A stretch of DNA of 64,000 nt from NCBI GenBank assembly GCA_950097015.1, contig CATNEN010000003.1, forward strand, positions 12,896,001-12,960,000, given 5' to 3'. The stretch is from Macrostomum hystrix. Its lineage: Eukaryota > Animalia > Platyhelminthes. Position numbers and translations under genes: made by a program. The notes beneath the pieces are model-generated. The model was given only the letters and a program-made list of their open reading frames with translations. It was not told the origin of the DNA and did not search any database. Positions 60,813-64,000 of the stretch are shown here, one piece after another (position 1 is the stretch's first letter; each line of letters starts with the position of its first letter).

Positions 60813-61107
60813 GGGGCAGGTGTGATCAATTATATTTCAATCAATCAATTCTGAACTATGAAACTATAGAAGAACTAACTGATAAACAATTTGTCAGCGA
60901 AGCGAAGAAAGTAACAAAAGAAGAATTACTGCATGCTTTTTGCAGAATCCTTTTAAAAGCTAAATCAAAGCATAGATAAATTATTGATCAAAATATCTCT
61001 TAATAACATGATAATTGATTGCACTGGGTATAATAAGAGAGAAATTTCGTTATATAAAGGTAATTTGTATCATTTATCCTCATATATCGACCTATACCCA
61101 TCTCACT

Positions 61108-62218
61108 CTTACCTCTCCCCTTCTCAATGTACCTCTGCCTTCTAACTGTACCTCTCCCCTTCTCACTGTACCTCTCCCCTTCTCACTGTACCTCTACCTT
61201 CTCACTGTACCTCTCCCATTCTCACTGTACCTCTACCTTCTCACTGTACCTCTCCCCTTCTCACTGTACCTCTCCCCTTCTCACTGTACCTCTCCCCTTC
61301 TCACTGTACCTCTACCTTCTCACTGTACCTCTCCCCTTCTCACTGTACCTCTCCCCTTCTCACTGTACCTCTCCCCTTCTCACTGTACCTCTCCCCTTCT
61401 CACTGTACCTCTCCCCTTCTCACTGTACCTCTCCCCTTCTCACTGTACCTCTCCCCTTCTCACTGTACCTCTCCCCTTCTCACTGTACCTCTCCCCTTCT
61501 CACTGTACCTCTCCCCTTCTCACACTTCCCTCTCCCCTTCTCAATGTACCTCTCCCCTTCTCACTGTACCTCTCCCCTTCTCACTGTACCTCTCCCCTTC
61601 TCAATGTACCTCTCCCCTTCTCAATGTACCTCTACCTTCTCACTGTACCTCTCCCCTTCTCACTGTACCTCTCCCCTTCTCACTGTACCTCTCCCCTTCT
61701 CACACTTCCCTCTCCCCTTCTCACTGTACCTCTACCTTCTCACTGTACCTCTACCTTCTCACTGTACCTCTCCCCTTCTCAATGTACCTCTCCCCTTCTC
61801 AATGTACCTCTCCCCTTCTCAATGTACCTCTCCCCTTCTCAATGTACCTCTCCCCTTCTCAATGTACCTCTACCTTCTCACTGTACCTCTCCCCTTCTCA
61901 CTGTACCTCTCCCCTTCTCACTGTACCTCTCCCCTTCTCACACTTCCCTCTCCCCTTCTCACTGTACCTCTACCTTCTCACTGTACCTCTCCCCTTCTCA
62001 ATGTACCTCTCCCCTTCTCAATGTACCTCTACCTTCTCATTGTACCTCTCCCCTTCTCAATGTACCTCTCCCCTTCTCACTGTACCTCTACCCTTCTCAC
62101 TGTACCTCTCCCCTTCTCACTGTACCTCTCCCCTTCTCACTGTACCTCTACCTTCTCACTGTACCTCTCCCCTTCTCACTGTACCTCTCCCCTTCTCACT
62201 GTACCTCTCCCCTTCTCA
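61108..62218. repeat. 20-bp (ctcactgtacctctcccctt)n array
   Basis: Tandem units. Confidence 0.96.
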
Positions 62219-62639
62219 TCAGGTCAATGTAAAACTTTTACTTCATAGTCTGGACTTGTCTCTAAATACATATAAAATGTTGTGACGACGGTAAGTAACT
62301 AAAATCAATAAATCCCGAGCCATTCGCATGCATTGTAATGTACGGCTTAATTTAATGCATAAATTACAAGTATATATACTGTATACTATATAGTAATAAG
62401 TCTGGTTTTGTACTTAATCAAGTCTGGGCATAGCGGTTTCAAATTAATCAAAGAAATTTAATTAACTCCAGCGAACGTGCGGAGAAAAATTTATCACTTT
62501 GCTTCCACTCTTTGCCCGAACTCTCAAATGAAAACAAAAAAAATAGTTAGGCCCTAAGCCTGTACTTCGTAAAGTTACTTGCAGTCATAGTGAATCAGTA
62601 GCTTAGACTGAATGATAAATAACTGTACTCTGTACTCAC

Positions 62640-63161
62640 ACACTCCACTCCCTCAGGACTCATGCAGCCACTCCCTCAGGCACCATTCAGCCACTCCCTC
62701 AGGCACCATTCAGCCACTCCCTCAGGCACCATTCAGCCACTCCCTCAGGCACCATTCAGCCACTCCCTCAGGCACCATTCAGCCACTCCCTCAGGCACCA
62801 TTCAGCCACTCCCTCAGGCACCATTCAGCCACTCCCTCAGGCACCATTCAGCCACTCCCTCAGGCACCATTCAGCCACTCCCTCAGGCACCATTCAGCCA
62901 CTCCCTCAGGCACCATTCAGCCACTCCCTCAGACCATTCAGCCACTCCCTCAGGCCATTCAGCCACTCCCTCAGGCCATTCAGCCACTCCCTCAGGCACC
63001 ATTCAGCCACTCCCTCAGGCCATTCAGCCACTCCCTCAGGCCATTCAGCCACTCCCTCAGGCACCATTCAGCCACTCCCACAGGCACCATTCAGCCACTC
63101 CCTCAGGCACCATTCAGCCACTCCCTCAGGCCATTCAGCCACTCCCTCAGGCACCATTCAG
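62640..63161. repeat. 23-bp (cagccactccctcaggcaccatt)n array
   Basis: Tandem units. Confidence 0.95.
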
Positions 63162-64000
63162 TTAAAAAGCCGAAATAGCCAATAGCCAAAAAACTTAAAT
63201 CGAGGAACTTCGTGCCATTCGAACCGCTTGACCTCACAATGCACCGAGAACTTTGTTAGCTATCCTGCCAATGAACCACTTTCTTGGCCTCTTTTGTTAT
63301 CATCGTTTGCCGTCCTTAGGGTTTTTTAATGCCTTTTAAGACTTCAAGCTGCTAAATGCTACAACGAAAAGACATGCGAAAAACATTTTAGCTGAAGAAA
63401 AGTCATAAGTCATAACTCTACTTCAGACCCACTATCTTAGTAGCCTTTGGTTTATTTTAAAAATCCTTATTTAGCACCTTTCATGTAGGTTGCACAATAC
63501 ACACGCCCACGCAGATGCTTTCAATTTCAATGAACGGAGAAGAGAAATGATGCCTCGCAAAATAAATAATTGTAGAATCGATCGCATAGTGCGTCGCGTA
63601 GTCAATGACACTGGGGCAAACTTCTTTTCCAACTAACAAAATACCGAAAAAAGCAATAAACTTAAATAGAGGAAATAGTGTATTACGCTCGTATAACATT
63701 TTTCTGTTCGTGGGTAGGGCCATAAAAATCTCGATAGAAAAGAGAGGACCAAAGTTACCCTCGGCTGGCCGGCAGACCAAAGAAAGACTTTTATGACACC
63801 TATCGACTTTAACCTTAGCTGTTTAGCCAAAGCTTCACTGGACTTGAATAGAATTTGGGGGGTTGTAAAAACCCTCACCCCCGCCCCACGCTGTGCTGGT
63901 CTTCTACCCCGTCTGGGGGGGCACTTATACAGCTGAAATTAGGGAGAGGGGTGGGTGGTTTTGAGGCTGTAAAAATTCCCCGGCAGGCCGGCCCGAACGA

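Noticed and set aside
61015-63178. 400-aa and 188-aa ORFs, or a candidate mucin-like ectodomain for the p75-like gene
   Set aside because: Wrong strand and pure tandem-repeat translations

Overview
Eukaryotic, intron-rich animal DNA packed with intronic minisatellites. The style resembles a free-living flatworm such as Macrostomum, but that is an inference and was not verified. Reading splice sites by hand gives six genes: an EF-hand exon (-, partial gene); a 5-exon M1 aminopeptidase with an N-terminal signal/anchor (-); a 13-exon kainate/AMPA-type ionotropic glutamate receptor (+); a 2-exon divergent class A peptide GPCR (+); a complete 9-exon Amt ammonium transporter (-); and the 3' part of a p75NTR/NGFR-like TM plus death-domain receptor (-). 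The 3' end of Amt (last two exons and flank) is tandemly duplicated (about 32197-39291 vs about 43958-49270). Between the copies sits a 3'-truncated, intron-containing Helitron with charged repeats, an OTU protease, a Cys-rich motif and the N-terminal Rep domain. Two tRNA-derived SINE families are present, one nested in the B-box of the other. The most striking unexplained structure is in the minisatellites. Three pairs of reverse-complementary arrays bracket exons of the same gene, and several arrays are tandem copies of splice signals (CTAAC-AG|GTAA; AGA|GTGAGT). Most long ORFs in the six-frame track are translations of these repeats and were rejected.
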